64,000 bases of DNA from Hypanus sabinus. Taxonomy: Eukaryota. The translations under genes and the position numbers were made by a program. A model generated the notes under the pieces. It had not been told where the DNA came from. It did no database searches and was given only the letters and a program-made list of their open reading frames with translations. How positions within the stretch are numbered: the stretch's first letter is position 1; each line of letters begins with the position of its first letter. Below are positions 61,446 through 64,000 of this stretch, in pieces. Location of the stretch: positions 25,668,001 to 25,732,000 of the forward strand of contig NC_082723.1 of the NCBI RefSeq assembly GCF_030144855.1, read 5' to 3'.

Positions 61446-64000
61446 AAGCATTTTCCCCAAAGGAAGCAGGTCCTGTGTGCAGAGTGCACTGCCCTATCAG
61501 CCCTGGTGGATGGACTTGATAACATTGATGGAGGGAAAGCTGTTCTTCCTCAAAGTGCCTTTTTGGTTTCCCCTGTTGATTAGGTCTGTAAAGTATTGAC
61601 ATTTTTGTTGGAAATGAATGTCACAGATTTATGACACAGGAATCAATATCCAGCCACACAACAGAGTCTGCCTCTTGGGCCTAGTTCAGAGTGGGTGATT
61701 ATCTATCTTGCTCCGTCTCTCTCTCGGAGAAACTCACCCTGTTCTCCCTCTCACCTGACAACCACCGCCACATGTGTTGTGTTCACTTCATTACCACGGT
61801 AACCGAAGTAAGAAGTCTCCAAATGTGGATAAAATCAAGATTGACGACTTGGCAGACAGACAGGTGTAGTAGCCAAGGACAGAGGCAGCAGCAGATCAGG
61901 TGGAGAGCTGCTGGATTGGGATGTGTGAAGGAAGCCCGGTCAGCCAGCAGATCTGTTCCTCGATGCTTTCTGACCTACTGATGCAGCGCACCCTGAAGGA
62001 AGTCAGACTGTGCATAGAAAAGACATATTGTTGGACTTTTTTGTTTAAGATTAGAGATTAGCTTTATTTGTCACATTCGAGACTTTGAAACAGTGAAATG
62101 CATCATTTTGTGTCAATGACCAATGCAGTCCGAGGATTGCACTGGGCAGCCCGCAACTGTTGCCATGCTTCTGGTACCGACGTAGCATGCTCACAGCTTA
62201 CTAATCCTAAATCATACGTCTTTGGTATGAGGGAGGTAAACTGGAGACTGTGGAGGAAAGCTAAGTGGTTCCAGGGAAAACATACAAACTCCTTACAGGC
62301 AGCAAGGGGATTGAACCCTGATCGTGATTGCTGGCGCTGTGAAGAATCGTGAGAATGGCTACACCATCATGCTGCCCTTATCCAGCCTTAGAACCTATTT
62401 AAGTTCCACCAAAGCCAAAATGCTTTAAACCCAATAAACTGAAACCGTTTGGTACTGGTGATGTGGCAGGGCAGCAGGGATAAAGAAAATTTAGAGACAC
62501 AAGTGACTGTAGATGCAGAAATCTAGAGAAACATGCAAACTGCTAGAGCAACTCAGTGGGTTGAGCAGCACCGGGGGGAGGGGATTGTCAACGTTTTGTG
62601 TCAATAGACTGCATCAGAACCAGATGCAATATTTCAACCTAAAACAGTGACAGTTTACAGAGCTGGCAATCACCGATCGGGGTCTGTAAAGAGTTTCTAC
62701 GTTCTCTGCATGACCATCTGGGTTTTCTCTTGGTTTCCTCCACATTTAGAAGAAATACAGTTTAGGGTTAGTATTGGTGAGTTGCAACATGCCCAGAAGC
62801 ATGATGATATTTGCAGGCTGTCCCCCTGCCCCCGGAAAAATCCTCAGACTATGTTGGTTATTGACAGAAATGACATGTTTCACTGTATGTGTCGATGCAT
62901 ACATGATAAAATAAAGCTAATCTTCTAAATCATTTTTTAAAATTCCTTTCTTCCCACAGTTGCTGCTGGACCTGCTGAGTTCTTCCTGCAGTTTATTTGT
63001 TTTAGTAATTTGGATTTCTGTAATATCTTTCGCATACTTCCGAGGGTGCCCCAAAGCATGATTGAAATGAAGTCTCCATATAAAACCAAACCAAACCAGA
63101 TTAGTGTGTAAAACACAAAGCCAATTTCCACTAAGTAAGCTCCCCTCTGGTAAATGACCAGTTTATGTCGTGTTGTGAGGGAGGAATTGCATCTCAGGGC
63201 ACCAGAGGGAGCTCTTCCTTGTAACAACTGTGTATAATCTATGCTTATGATGTCCTTGCGAATGCTGCTTATAGTATAGGAGTGGCACGGTTGTGCCTGC
63301 AATCGGAAAATTGGGGTTCCATTTCTGCCACTGTCTGTAAAGTGTGTCTATGTTCTCCTGTGGTCGTGTGGTTTCCTTCGAGTTCTTCCCACTTTCTGAG
63401 GACGTGTGAGTTAGAGCTGGTAAGTTGTGAGGGTCCCGTGTTGGTGCAGGAGGCGTGGCAACACTTGCAGACTACCCCCAGCATGGTGTCAGTCTGTGTT
63501 GGTCATTGATGCAAACAGCATATTTCACTGTATATTATGATGTTTCAATGTACACACCACAAATAAAGCTAACCTTCAATGTGTCTGTGATGCTCCTGTA
63601 AATAAGTTTTCATTGCACCTGTGACAATAAACTCAACCTTTGGCTTCAGGCTCTCCTGCTCTTTACCTCCAACTTAGAGGAAAAGTCAAGGATTAACTTT
63701 ATTTCCCATTTGTATGAGGAATTTATTGTGACATGCAACAAAAATTCAACAATTATAAGAATAAGAATGATATAAAGTTAGATAGAGGTTAAAGTATGGA
63801 TGTGGAATAAAATACGCATTGTGAAAAGTGGCTTAAAGTGTTTGAAGTGCAGTGCAGAGACTGAGGTCATAGATAGAGGGGGTGGGGGATAACTAGAATG
63901 GCTGATCAGATTAACTGCCTGGAGGAAGAAATTTTTAAAATGGTGTGAAGTTTTTTTGTTTTAATCTCAGCTGACTCGAATCCGAAAGATAATTCAACTT

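Noticed and set aside
28100-64000. GAPVD1 3' exons (human neighbour, convergent with MAPKAP1)
   Set aside because: No VPS9-domain C-terminal sequence recognised on the minus strand. The gene may simply lie beyond the window.

Overview
Repeat-rich vertebrate genomic DNA, most likely from a cartilaginous fish (ray-like, inferred from HE1/V-SINE- and HER1/CR1-type repeats). The only host gene I can support is the 3' end of MAPKAP1 (SIN1, mTORC2 subunit) on the + strand: a 98-nt penultimate coding exon (3477-3574), a ~23.4-kb intron, and the terminal exon (CDS 26985-27107) with its 3' UTR. The supplied ORF track misses both exons, and its ORFs are TE remnants or spurious. The rest is a dense, often nested, mosaic of CR1, Rex1/Babar, L2, RTE, L1 and Penelope-like retroelements, V-SINEs, Tc1/pogo and hAT transposons, and two solo LTRs, with islands of unique sequence that may be conserved non-coding elements. 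The main observations are: (1) a non-autonomous hAT/Charlie transposon carrying the 3' end of 28S rRNA plus GC-rich downstream sequence, with a second partial copy in the window; (2) an abundant Penelope-derived short repeat carrying a minimal hammerhead ribozyme, often as long palindromes; (3) a unique near-perfect 93-nt hairpin in the MAPKAP1 intron; (4) a solo LTR nested in a young hAT element, and another solo LTR pointing antisense at the MAPKAP1 3' end. All family assignments come from recognised motifs, not database searches.
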